Positions 54,713-63,843 of a DNA stretch of 64,000 nucleotides are shown piece by piece (positions within the stretch are counted from its first letter, which is position 1; every line of letters starts with the position of its first letter). Below the pieces are notes generated by a model that had not been told where the DNA came from, did not search any database, and saw nothing but the letters and a program-made list of their open reading frames with translations. The DNA comes from Calditrichia bacterium (lineage in GTDB: Bacteria > Calditrichota > Calditrichia > JAJRVZ01), in contig CAVZSQ010000015.1 of the NCBI GenBank assembly GCA_963777955.1, positions 256,001-320,000 on the forward strand, written 5' to 3'. The translations under genes were made by a program, and so were the position numbers.

Positions 54713-57700
54713 TTATTCAAAATTGAAATTTATCAGCCAGCGGAACTTTTGATGGTCCTTATTGACAGCCAGGTTGCCGATCCACAAAGGAAAATCCATC
54801 CCGATGCTCTTTAAATTGAATAAAAAATCGGCCCACTTCCCCATTGGCAGCTGTAAACCGAATCCGGCTGATTTTTGAAATTGGCCCAGGGCAGGCATGG
54901 ATCCGGACCAGACCGAACCGATATCGGCAAATACATAAGTCGTTAAATCCCGCAGCATGAACAGGCTGCTATAGCGTAATGGATTAGGAATCACGATATC
55001 CAGATTGCCGGCAATTATTTTATTGTCCAGGATTGGAGTCGGACTGCCGCTCAGCGAAGCACCGCGCACATTACCGCCACCTGCTTTAAATAAATGACCA
55101 TTCTTACGCCAGGGATAAGGCAGACTACCCTTGCTGCGGTAGAATGGTTCGTTGAATTCATCCCAGCCGTTTGCACCACTTAAGTTAAACTGGAATTGTG
55201 CCGGAACTCTTCCCTTGCCGTAGCCGGTATAGCAGCGCAGCACTGCTTGCCAGTCTGAACGTGCATTCGAGAAAATCCGGCTGGCCTCCAGATAAATCTG
55301 AGCAAAGCCGTAAGCGCTGCCTAAAAACGATGTATGGGTAAAAACCGTCACTTCGTATTTTTTCCTCCAACTGTGGCGGTAGTTGGCTGCGGTTTTAAAA
55401 TTGAGGAATAGAGTAGTAACATCATTTTCATCCCAGGCTGCCATTAAATAGGATGGATTAAAAACGTGATGGCCGGTTAATCCTAATCCATACTCGAGCG
55501 ACTTAAGATAATTCTGCGACAGTTGACCGGTCAATCCGCAACTGCCCCCCTCCCGGCCGTCCAGACGGTACAGGCTTAGATCAAACCGGACGTTATTTCC
55601 GATAGCATAAAATGGAGTACGGTAAGAAACTTCCGCGTCGACCGCCGGATGGGCCGTTTTATACCATACCCGGGCGTTCAGTTTATGATCGATGTTCAGG
55701 TAACTCCCATTTAATTTGATACCTGCCCTGGCCTGATCATAGTCATTGTAAAAAAATAACGGCCAGATTTCCCAGATATATTTATCTAAAGGCGGAGCAT
55801 AACTCTGGTAACGCATCCAGTGAAATTCCTGTTCGGGCAGGCAGGAGGAAGTATTATTCAAACTGTTTATATCCGTCAAACTCAGTGTTGAATCAAGTTT
55901 GACCATTCTGATTCCGTCCGACAGGGTCAAATTGGCCGTGTATTTTTTTTGACTGAAATGCCAGTAAGGTAAAGTGATCCGGTTGCCGGCCGGTTCGCTG
56001 CTGTTATCGACCGGTACATGAAAACGTTGTACGGTGCCATCTTTTAAATATACGCTGAAATCAACCGGCATGAAGATTTCGGCTTTTCTATCCAGATTAA
56101 CCTGGCATTTATAAAAGCGCCGGCCATCAATTTTTTCCCAATGCCCCCGGTAGCCCTGGACCGCATAATCCAAGTTTCCGGCTGGTGCTCAACCACTGTT
56201 CAAAAAACCAGTCCAGATCGCGGTTTGCCGTTTTTTCCATCACTGTAATGAAATCCCGGGTGTAAGGATGGTGAAAACACCATTGATTAAAATATTCCTG
56301 CAGGCCCAGGGAGAACAAACTATCACCCAGGGTATATTCCAGCATGAATAAAACCATGGCCATTTTAGAATATTGCAAAATGTAGATATCATCCCCCAGA
56401 TAATCAGAAGGCAAGGCGATAGGATCCCGGTCGAATCCGGATTTACTGTAACGCAGGTACTGCCAAGCCGTGCTCCTGCGGTCGTCATCGCGGTAGGCGG
56501 TTTTCTGTTCAAACCAGCCGGATCTGATCTTCGCTAAATTATCTTTCACTCCGAAGATTGCTTCCATCGCTTTAATTTCAGCAAAGGTGGCAAATCCTTC
56601 ATCCAGCCAGCCTTGCTCGGTCTGGTTATTAGCCAGCAGGCCGTAAAACCAGAAATGAGCCATTTCATGCAGCAGTAAGGCGCGGAACTCACCCGGTTCA
56701 TACTCCGGATTGATATAATCGTTAAGCAATACGATCTGCGGATATTCAATACCGCCGGCCCGGACATACGTATCAGCAATAGTTAATTGTTGATAAGGAT
56801 AATGCCCGAAAGTATCATTAAAATACTGCAGACCCCGCACCGCCCATTCGTTAACCTGTTTCCAGGATTCGCGGTTATAATCCAGTGCCAGGACATTGAT
56901 GGTGATCCCCTGCCATTCCGACTGCATCAATACATAGGCCGGATCGGCAGTCCAGGCAAAATCATGCACATTTTTTGCTTCATAGTACCATTGAACCGGC
57001 CCGGGCGTCTCATATTCTTCTGACTGTTGCCCTTGACTGCTGCTACTGTCCTTTGCGGAGTTCGCTGCGGAACTACTGAGCAAATTGCCGGTAGCACCTA
57101 CTGTAAATCCCGCCGGGACATTTATAGTGACCAGGAAATCCCCCCATTCCTGATAAAATTCGTTATCCAGATGCTGGTGCAGATGCCATCCGTCCCGATC
57201 ATATACCACCGGGGTGACATACCAATTGCCGATGTCGTAATGATTGCCGAGATAGCCATAACGATCACTGGCCGGTGGAATCATTACGGTAAATTTAAAG
57301 TGCCAGCGAACCGATTCACCCGGAGCAAGCGGATGGTGCAGTTGTGTTTTCAGCAGAGTCTGATCGATACTGAAATTTTTCTGCAATGAGTCATTTTCCT
57401 GTATGGTATGGATGGTAATTCCGCCCAGATCGGCTTTAAGGTCGGGCAGGAATAAAGAACCGGCACGGTATTTATTCATATATAAATGGAAGTACAGCAC
57501 CCGCAGGGTATCAGCCGAATGGTTGGTATAAAGTAATGTTTCGTCGATATTCAGATGGTTCAGATTGATATCGAGTTTAACATCCATGGTGTAGTGCACG
57601 TATTGCTGGAAATACTGTGTTTGATCCGGAGTGGACAGCAAATCCATCCGGGGATTGCAGCAGAACTGCAACTGTACTAAATAGAAGAATTAAATTATTC

Positions 57701-57714
57701 CCCGCCATGTTCAT
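54713..57714 (-). CDS. M1-family metallopeptidase with C-terminal Omp85-like barrel (frameshifts near 57635 and 56174)
   Basis: VHDFAW, GGIEYP and HEMAH...WLDEG motifs; C-terminal GGGNVRG, VFADIGSVW and KSAGFGL. A signal peptide lies in the upstream frame. Confidence 0.8.
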
Positions 57715-58900
57715 GCTTTTCGATATCATGTGTTAAACCCTCTGCCCGGCTGATGGATTTACGGCCGAATTTCTTTTTTACCAGGTCTTCTATAACATCC
57801 AGCCGGTCATTATCCTGCAGTCCGCATTCAAATATGTTCATTTGCCTGCCCAGGTCATCGCTGAATCCCGAGATGCCCACACCGATCAATCGCACTTTCC
57901 TGCCTTGCTGATAATTATCAATAAATAATTCTTTCACTACCGAAAAAATTTTTTCAGTATTGGCTGTGACACCCGGGATGGTCTGGACACGGGTAATAGT
58001 ATCAAAACTCTGATAACGTAATTTAAGCTGGATGGTCCTGCCGGTTAATCCTTTCTGACGCAAACGGTAGGCCACTTTTTCAGCCAGTTGAAACAGTGTA
58101 CGCTGCAGCATATCCAGATCGGTGATGTCCTCGCCAAAAGTGACTTCATTACTCACCGACTTCACTTCATGTCCGGAAATTACCGGGCGGTCGTCCTGAC
58201 CGTGTGCCAGGGCATAAAAATGCTCCCCCAGTTTACCGAAATATTGTTCGAGCAGATCGGCAGGAAATTGACGCAGGTCGCCGATGGTATAGATGCCCAG
58301 ATGATTAAGTTTGGCAATAGTTTTTTTACCGGCACCCCAGATGTAGACCACGGCCAGGGGATCCAGGAATTCCTGGATCCCTTGGCCGGCTTCGACGATC
58401 ACCAATCCATCAGGTTTCCTGAGATCCGAAGCAATCTTGGCAATGAATTTATTGGGTGCTATACCGACTGAAGCGGTCAGATCCTGGTTGCGCAAGATCC
58501 GTATTTTAAGTTCCCGGCCCAGGTTTTCCACGTCCCCGAAAAGATGGAAACTTCCGGTAATGTCCAGGAATGCTTCGTCGATCGACAACGGTTCAACCTG
58601 GTCGGTGAATTCATATAATAATTCGAAGATTTCAGCGCTGACCTGTGAATACAGGTGCCCGTTGGGTGGAACATAAATCCCCTGCGGACATAATTTGTAA
58701 GCCTGGGATATCGGCATGGCGGAATGAACACCGTACCGGCGTGCTTCATAGGAACAGGTGGAGACCACTCCCCGGCCTTTACCCTGTCTGGGATCAGCAC
58801 CGACAATCAGAGGTTTATTTTTGTACTGTGGATGTTCTCTTTGCTCGATGGCGGCAAAAAATGCATCCATATCGACATGCAGAATATACCGGACAGCCAC
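57695..58900 (-). CDS. dinB: DNA polymerase IV
   Basis: HVDMDAFFA, SYEARRYGV, SIDEAFLD and KIASDLRKPDG motifs. Confidence 0.95.
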   Translation of the reverse strand: MAVRYILHVDMDAFFAAIEQREHPQYKNKPLIVGADPRQGKGRGVVSTCSYEARRYGVHSAMPISQAYKLCPQGIYVPPNGHLYSQVSAEIFELLYEFTDQVEPLSIDEAFLDITGSFHLFGDVENLGRELKIRILRNQDLTASVGIAPNKFIAKIASDLRKPDGLVIVEAGQGIQEFLDPLAVVYIWGAGKKTIAKLNHLGIYTIGDLRQFPADLLEQYFGKLGEHFYALAHGQDDRPVISGHEVKSVSNEVTFGEDITDLDMLQRTLFQLAEKVAYRLRQKGLTGRTIQLKLRYQSFDTITRVQTIPGVTANTEKIFSVVKELFIDNYQQGRKVRLIGVGISGFSDDLGRQMNIFECGLQDNDRLDVIEDLVKKKFGRKSISRAEGLTHDIEKHEHGGE

Positions 58901-59710
58901 TTACTTTTTGTTTATCCCTGTTGATTTATAGATCATACAGCAGACAAAGACCACGGCCTGCAGCATAATGATCGTTGCTCCGCTCGGCAAATCGAGATAA
59001 TAAGAGAAAATCAAACCCAGCAATGCGCCGCCTGTACCAAAAATTATGGCCACAATAGTCATGGACCGGAAGGTATGGCTGATCAGACGGGCCGCAGCCG
59101 CGGGAATAACCAGAAAAGCGGCGATCAGCACAATCCCTACCAGTTTAATTGCCACTACCACCGTCACCGCGATCAGAATGGACAACAAATAATCGTCTCT
59201 CTTCACCGGGATTCGATCGGACTGGGCCAGGCCGCGATCGAAGGAGGTATAAGCCCAGCGTTTCCAGAGTGGACCGGTAAACAGCGTGATTAATACTACC
59301 AGCGAGGTGAGTAGAATATCGGTCCAGGAAATAACCAGGATCGAACCGAAAAGATAACTGAAGGCATCACTGGTATAAGTACGTTTAAGAAAAAGAAAAA
59401 TGATGCCCAGGGCCATGGAAACCGAGAAAAAAATACCGACGGCCGTATCGCCGCCCAGTTCTGTTTTTTCACTCACCCAGGCAATACCCGCGGCCACCAT
59501 AATTGTGAATGGTACCGCCACCCACAGAGGTTCGATAGACAGCAGAATACCCAGGGCAATACCACCGAAGGCGGCATGAGCCAGGCCGCTGCCCAGAAAA
59601 CTCAATTTACGCTGGATGACAAATACGCCGTAATAACTGGCCAGAAAACCGACCAGAAGTCCGCCCAGCAGGGCGCGTTGCATGTATGGTAAGGAAATAA
59701 ACTCAGGCAT
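58901..59710 (-). CDS. znuB: Zn/Mn ABC transporter permease
   Basis: GLAHAAFGG, YLFGSIL, LVIPAAAA and LPSGATI motifs. Confidence 0.88.
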   Translation of the reverse strand: MPEFISLPYMQRALLGGLLVGFLASYYGVFVIQRKLSFLGSGLAHAAFGGIALGILLSIEPLWVAVPFTIMVAAGIAWVSEKTELGGDTAVGIFFSVSMALGIIFLFLKRTYTSDAFSYLFGSILVISWTDILLTSLVVLITLFTGPLWKRWAYTSFDRGLAQSDRIPVKRDDYLLSILIAVTVVVAIKLVGIVLIAAFLVIPAAAARLISHTFRSMTIVAIIFGTGGALLGLIFSYYLDLPSGATIIMLQAVVFVCCMIYKSTGINKK

Positions 59711-60458
59711 CTTGATTCAGGGATAAAAGTCCGTGATGTTTATGGCCGATATGTCCAAAGGCCGTGCGCAAATTATCTTCAGACAAAACCTGTTTAGGAT
59801 TACCGAAAGCTATCTGACGCCGGTTCAGCAATAATACCAGATCAGCATGATGTGTGGTTGCATGCCAGTCGTGGGTGATCATCAGTATGGTGCAATGGCT
59901 TTCATTCTGATACTTCTCCAGCAGTTTGTACATGTCGGCCTCACCCATGGTATCGATACCGGTGGCCGGTTCATCCAGCATGATCAGGCGCGGCTTGCGC
60001 ACCATACTGCGGGCCAGGAAAACACGCTGCAATTCACCGCCGGATAAGTTCGACAAGGGCTTGTTGGCCAGGTGCAGCGCCCCGACCTGTTCCAGTGCCT
60101 GCTGGCAGGTCGCGACCTCCTGTTTATTTCTATGCCAGCTCCACTTCATTTTCAATCCGGAAAGCACCAGCTCAATAGCCAGGGCCGGGAAGGTACGATC
60201 CAGGGTCTTAACCTGCGGAACGTAAGCCAGCCACTCCGGGGGAACATTTTTACTATTTTTACCAAAAAGCAGAAAAGTACCTGCAGCCGGCGCCACCATT
60301 CCTAAAAGCAGTTTAAAGAAAGTCGATTTTCCCGCACCGTTAGGACCAAAAATAGCTACAAAGGAATTGAGCGGAATTTCAAAATGCAATCCGTCCAGAG
60401 CCAGGAAATCACCATAGCGTACCGACAGACCTGAAATCGAAACGGCCGTATCGATCAT
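59703..60458 (-). CDS. znuC: Zn/Mn ABC transporter ATPase
   Basis: GPNGAGKST, YVPQ, LSGGE, LDEP and ITHD motifs. Confidence 0.88.
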   Translation of the reverse strand: MIDTAVSISGLSVRYGDFLALDGLHFEIPLNSFVAIFGPNGAGKSTFFKLLLGMVAPAAGTFLLFGKNSKNVPPEWLAYVPQVKTLDRTFPALAIELVLSGLKMKWSWHRNKQEVATCQQALEQVGALHLANKPLSNLSGGELQRVFLARSMVRKPRLIMLDEPATGIDTMGEADMYKLLEKYQNESHCTILMITHDWHATTHHADLVLLLNRRQIAFGNPKQVLSEDNLRTAFGHIGHKHHGLLSLNQDA

Positions 60459-61345
60459 TGCAATGCTCCGATCACGAGTTTTGTATTATAAAGTAAAATC
60501 TCTGCGTAAGTCCGGCGTTGTGGTTTACCGCCCAGTGGATCCAGTTCGACGATTGGAATACCGGTAATCTCGGCAATTAACCGGGCGGCCCGATCCGGCA
60601 GTTGCGGTTGAGTAAAAATAGCCACTATATTTTCACGCTTTATCTGATCAATCAATTTTTTTATCTGCCTGGCCGTGGGATCGACACCGGGATTGATTTC
60701 CACGACACCACCCGATTTTAATCCGTAACGGCGCAGATAATAATTAAAAAAAGGATGCGCCTGAACTACAGTTTTCCCTTGAAATGATTTCAGGCTTCCT
60801 CTTATTTTCGCATCCAGCTCAAGCAGTTGTGCAGAAAACCTGCGGTAATTTTCAGCAATAACCTGGCGCTGTGACGGAAACAATTTGGACAATGAATCGG
60901 CCAGATTAGCGGCCAGAACATTAACCAGCAGGGGATCGGTCCAGAAATGAGGATCAATTCCCCGGTGGTGTGCATGGGTCTGACCGGACTTGCCCGGCGG
61001 TGGATTTGCTGCCGGAAAATTTTCAAAAAAGATAAGGGAATCCAGGGGAATCAGATCAATGACTTCGATGGTGGAACGTGCCGGGAATTTCTTTACCCAG
61101 TCATCCAGATTGGGCCCGACTAAGAATAAGAGCGATGCAGATTCGATATGGTTGATGTCGCCGGGCGTTGGTTCGTACGTATGCGGTGAAGCACCCGCCG
61201 GCAACAAATCAAGAACCACTGTATGCTGACCGAGCAATTCACTGGCAATCTGTTGCAGCGGATGGATGGTAGCAATATAAGTTGATTGTGCCGTGACGCC
61301 GTAACAAAAGATTAAGATGTAAAAGAATGAATACAGAACGTTCAT
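60455..61345 (-). CDS. znuA: Zn/Mn ABC transporter substrate-binding protein
   Basis: SPHTYEPTP, His-rich HAHH loop, DPHFW and LDPLG motifs. Confidence 0.88.
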   Translation of the reverse strand: MNVLYSFFYILIFCYGVTAQSTYIATIHPLQQIASELLGQHTVVLDLLPAGASPHTYEPTPGDINHIESASLLFLVGPNLDDWVKKFPARSTIEVIDLIPLDSLIFFENFPAANPPPGKSGQTHAHHRGIDPHFWTDPLLVNVLAANLADSLSKLFPSQRQVIAENYRRFSAQLLELDAKIRGSLKSFQGKTVVQAHPFFNYYLRRYGLKSGGVVEINPGVDPTARQIKKLIDQIKRENIVAIFTQPQLPDRAARLIAEITGIPIVELDPLGGKPQRRTYAEILLYNTKLVIGALQ

Positions 61346-61381
61346 TCCGGCACTTAACTATTTAGTTCAGAACAGAATAAT

Positions 61382-61543
61382 TTATTTTTCTTCTTTAAAC
61401 ATAACATGTTTGCGGACTACGGGATCATATTTTTTCATTTGCAACCGGCCGCTTTGATTGCGCTTATTCTTGGTAGTCGAATATGTATAGGGACTCTCGC
61501 TGCTGCGCAGTTTAATATTTTCCCGGGCACTTGCCTTGGCCAT
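61382..61543 (-). CDS. rpmG: 50S ribosomal protein bL33, Cys-free type (absent from the ORF track)
   Basis: Manual translation: MAKASARENIKLRSSESPYTYSTTKNKRNQSGRLQMKKYDPVVRKHVMFKEEK*. Confidence 0.95.
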   Translation of the reverse strand: MAKASARENIKLRSSESPYTYSTTKNKRNQSGRLQMKKYDPVVRKHVMFKEEK

Positions 61544-61602
61544 AATTTATACTCCTTATATTTATTTTTTACAATCGCTGATCACCCAGCCAGGAGAAAG
61601 AA

Positions 61603-61818
61603 TCAGCTCCTCTTTTTTTCGATATATTCCCGGCTTTTTTTAATTTCCTGTTCGAGGAAAGTTTGTTCATTACTGCCGGCAGGAATTTTAATAAACCTTT
61701 CCGAAAAATTATAGGCATTGCTTTTGGAAGATTTATAAGGAAAAACCACTTTGTATACTTTGACCTGGTCCCCTTTTTTCTTCATAGTTTTTTCAGCGAA
61801 TGACTGTGCTTTGGCCAT
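61603..61818 (-). CDS. DUF4295-like small basic protein (candidate ribosomal protein bL38)
   Basis: MAK start, K-rich, VYKVVFPYKSSKSNAYNFSERFI resembles the DUF4295 KS.KTGAY.F motif; adjacent to rpmG. Confidence 0.6.
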   Translation of the reverse strand: MAKAQSFAEKTMKKKGDQVKVYKVVFPYKSSKSNAYNFSERFIKIPAGSNEQTFLEQEIKKSREYIEKKRS

Positions 61819-61938
61819 CGTTTATTACCTCGTTATATTTGAATATTTCTCAGTATATTTTTAAAAGTCGTATAATTTACAAATTTAAAATGAATATTTT
61901 AACAATTTTTTTTTATTTCCTGACCCATCCCCCTGTAC

Positions 61939-61964
61939 CCCCTCCCTTATATATAAGGGAGGGG
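61939..61964. repeat. Perfect 26-bp palindrome with extended imperfect arms
   Basis: CCCCTCCCTTATATATAAGGGAGGGG, flanked by ACCCATC...GGTGGGT. Confidence 0.8.
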
Positions 61965-61996
61965 ATTAAGAGGTGGGTTATTTAACAAAATAATTA

Positions 61997-62026
61997 TTGA
62001 CAATAAGAGTACACACTACTTAAATT
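61997..62026 (+). promoter_or_regulatory. Sigma70-like promoter of lexA
   Basis: TTGACA-N18-TAAATT. Confidence 0.6.
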
Positions 62027-62027
62027 A

Positions 62028-62045
62028 AGTGTACATCAGTACACT
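62028..62045. promoter_or_regulatory. Candidate LexA operator
   Basis: AGTGTAC-ATCA-GTACACT palindrome directly after the -10 element of lexA. Confidence 0.75.
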
Positions 62046-62076
62046 ATCAAATAAAGTCTATTATGGTGAGGGATAA

Positions 62077-62694
62077 ATGAAAAAATTAACCAAACGTCAG
62101 GAGCAGATTCTGCAGATTATAGCGGATTCCGTGGAATTGAACGGTTATCCGCCCACTTATCAGCAATTATGCGATAAATTGGGTATTCATTCGAAAAATG
62201 GAGTTAAAAAACATGTTGATGCCCTGGTCCGCAAGGGTTATATCGAAAAGGATTCCTCTGCACGGGGGCTGCGTATCCTGGCTGCAGATTATAAACCTAA
62301 AGGAAAGAGCGATACCGACGTCCCGTTACTGGGCCGGGTGGCTGCAGGAACCCCTGTTTTTGCCGAAGAAAACGTCGAACGGTACATACCTGTTCCCCGC
62401 CACCTGATTAAAACCGAAGGACGCTATTATGCCTTGAAAGTCCGGGGGGACAGTATGATCAATGCCGGTATCTACGAAAATGACCTGGTACTGGTGCGGG
62501 CGATCAACATAGCCACCCATAATGATATTGTTGTTGCCCTGATCAATGGCGAGGTGACGGTCAAACGACTGGTCAGCGAAGGTGAACAGGTCTATTTGCG
62601 GGCAGAAAATCCGGCCTATTCTGACATTTATCCTCAGGAAAGCTGGTCCATTCAGGGCAAAGTAATCGGTCTGATCCGCGAGTATTTCAACTAA
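62077..62694 (+). CDS. lexA: SOS repressor LexA
   Basis: LTKRQ..IL and GYPPT wHTH; VAAG cleavage site; GDSM Ser and TVKR Lys. Confidence 0.96.
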   Translation: MKKLTKRQEQILQIIADSVELNGYPPTYQQLCDKLGIHSKNGVKKHVDALVRKGYIEKDSSARGLRILAADYKPKGKSDTDVPLLGRVAAGTPVFAEENVERYIPVPRHLIKTEGRYYALKVRGDSMINAGIYENDLVLVRAINIATHNDIVVALINGEVTVKRLVSEGEQVYLRAENPAYSDIYPQESWSIQGKVIGLIREYFN

Positions 62695-62697
62695 AAT

Positions 62698-63144
62698 ATG
62701 ACTAAATCCTCATCAAACCCCGGGAATCCATTCACGCGCACATTACCGTTGACCCGGGAATTTTCCAATATACCGTTAATCGGTATGCTCAATTTGACAG
62801 ACGCAGATGCCGATCCGGAATACCAGATCGGCGATTCGATCCGCAATTTTCAAACTGCCGGAAAAGAATTCGTCACCCTGGTCATCAACGATAATTCCAT
62901 GCGCCAGGCCGGGATCATCAAAGGTGATTATTTAACCGTAAATCTGAAATCGAACGTTCAGGACGGCGATCTGACTGTGGTCCGCCTGGGTGAACGACTG
63001 TACGTCCGCCAGTTTTTCCGTCAGAGTTCAACCCTTATCCGCCTGCAGACCTGCGACGAATTCCCCGCTGTCCTGGTCATCGAGACCAAGACACCGGATT
63101 TCGAGATAATTGGCAGGGTGTATTCGTTGTCGAGGCAGTTCTAA
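62698..63144 (+). CDS. S24 (LexA/UmuD-like) peptidase-domain protein without HTH, probably inactive
   Basis: IPLIG and DNSMRQAGIIKGDYL, VQDGDLTVV, IIGRV. No Ala-Gly site; the catalytic Lys position reads R. Confidence 0.7.
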   Translation: MTKSSSNPGNPFTRTLPLTREFSNIPLIGMLNLTDADADPEYQIGDSIRNFQTAGKEFVTLVINDNSMRQAGIIKGDYLTVNLKSNVQDGDLTVVRLGERLYVRQFFRQSSTLIRLQTCDEFPAVLVIETKTPDFEIIGRVYSLSRQF

Positions 63145-63145
63145 A

Positions 63146-63193
63146 GGCACTTAGCACTTAGTTCCTGAGTCCCTTAGTCTGAGAACCTGAGTC
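63146..63193. repeat. Degenerate 7-8-bp tandem repeat tract
   Basis: GGCACTTAGCACTTAGTTCCTGAGTCCCTTAGTCTGAGAACCTGAGTC. Confidence 0.7.
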
Positions 63194-63195
63194 AG

Positions 63196-63427
63196 TTAGT
63201 AGTTGAATTTGAGCCATTGATCTTCGTATTAGTGATCTTAATATATCTCGAGTTCACGGAGTTCATTATAGACAGATTCATAGTCTGATTTGGAAATAAA
63301 ATTCAATTTAAGCCTATTACAAGTTGGGTCTGAATTCATATATAGAACCCATTGCAATTTGAGAAATCGTACATAACTGAACGATCTCCGAGCGAATCCT
63401 TCGGCATATTACTCGGATCGAAATCGC
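63196..63427 (-). pseudogene. Decayed 3' half of a four-helix-bundle (23S rRNA IVP-like) gene
   Basis: Reading through indels: AISI.SN.AEGFARRS..YVRF..IAMGSIYE.QTQLVIGLKLNFISKSDYESVYNELRELE. Confidence 0.7.
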
Positions 63428-63660
63428 CGTCTCGAATTCCGAGCAATGCCGGAAAGTTCATTTACAGCGAAAAGCATTGGTCGATTTATTCAAATAGATG
63501 GGCTCAATTTTTGAATTACGCCAAATATTAATCTCTGTTAAACTGAATTTCATTTGCCAAGATAACATATAAAATCTATCCATTTCTGATACATCGTGAA
63601 CTCGACAATAATTCTTAAAACCTTGATCAATAAATTAAATATACAAATCAAAATTCATAC
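63426..63660 (+). pseudogene. Second decayed four-helix-bundle gene half, inverted orientation
   Basis: Reading through indels: AVS.IPSN...RFIQI.MGSIFEL..QILISVKLNFI...REL..ILKTLINKLN. Confidence 0.65.
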
Positions 63661-63666
63661 TGCAAA

Positions 63667-63714
63667 AAGTACCTAAGTGCCTAAGTGAACTCAGGTACTA
63701 AGGCACTAAGGCAC
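63667..63714. repeat. Degenerate 7-8-bp tandem repeat tract, inverted relative to 63146..63193
   Basis: AAGTACCTAAGTGCCTAAGTGAACTCAGGTACTAAGGCACTAAGGCAC. Confidence 0.7.
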
Positions 63715-63747
63715 TTTTTATACCACCATAAAAACTCTATATTTTGC

Positions 63748-63797
63748 TTGCCTTCCATCCATCCAGTCTTTATATTTTTGGTGTACATATGTACACT
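63748..63797 (+). promoter_or_regulatory. Sigma70-like promoter plus second candidate LexA operator
   Basis: TTGCCT-N17-TATATT followed by GTGTAC-ATAT-GTACAC at 63781..63796. Confidence 0.7.
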
Positions 63798-63843
63798 AAA
63801 TAAGGATTGGCACGATTATAGCATAAAACTTTTGCAGTTGTAT

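Noticed and set aside
1805..57714. About 12 frameshifts (lpxD, Omp85 paralogue, PQQ gene x2, PEGA gene, lspA, dksA-like, lipoprotein, dnaG, ppdK, M1 peptidase x2) as pseudogenes or programmed frameshifting
   Set aside because: They are isolated small indels, several in homopolymers, and hit essential genes with otherwise intact motifs. There is no shared slippery site. Long-read consensus error is the simplest explanation; read polishing would confirm it.
61835..61860. Possible Fur/Zur box (TGAATATTTCTCA) upstream of the bL38-rpmG-znu run
   Set aside because: Only a weak partial palindrome in very AT-rich DNA; not distinguishable from chance.
63146..63714. CRISPR array or diversity-generating retroelement
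   Set aside because: The repeats are 7-8-bp degenerate units with no spacers. No cas gene, reverse transcriptase or TR/VR pair with adenine-specific differences was seen in the window.
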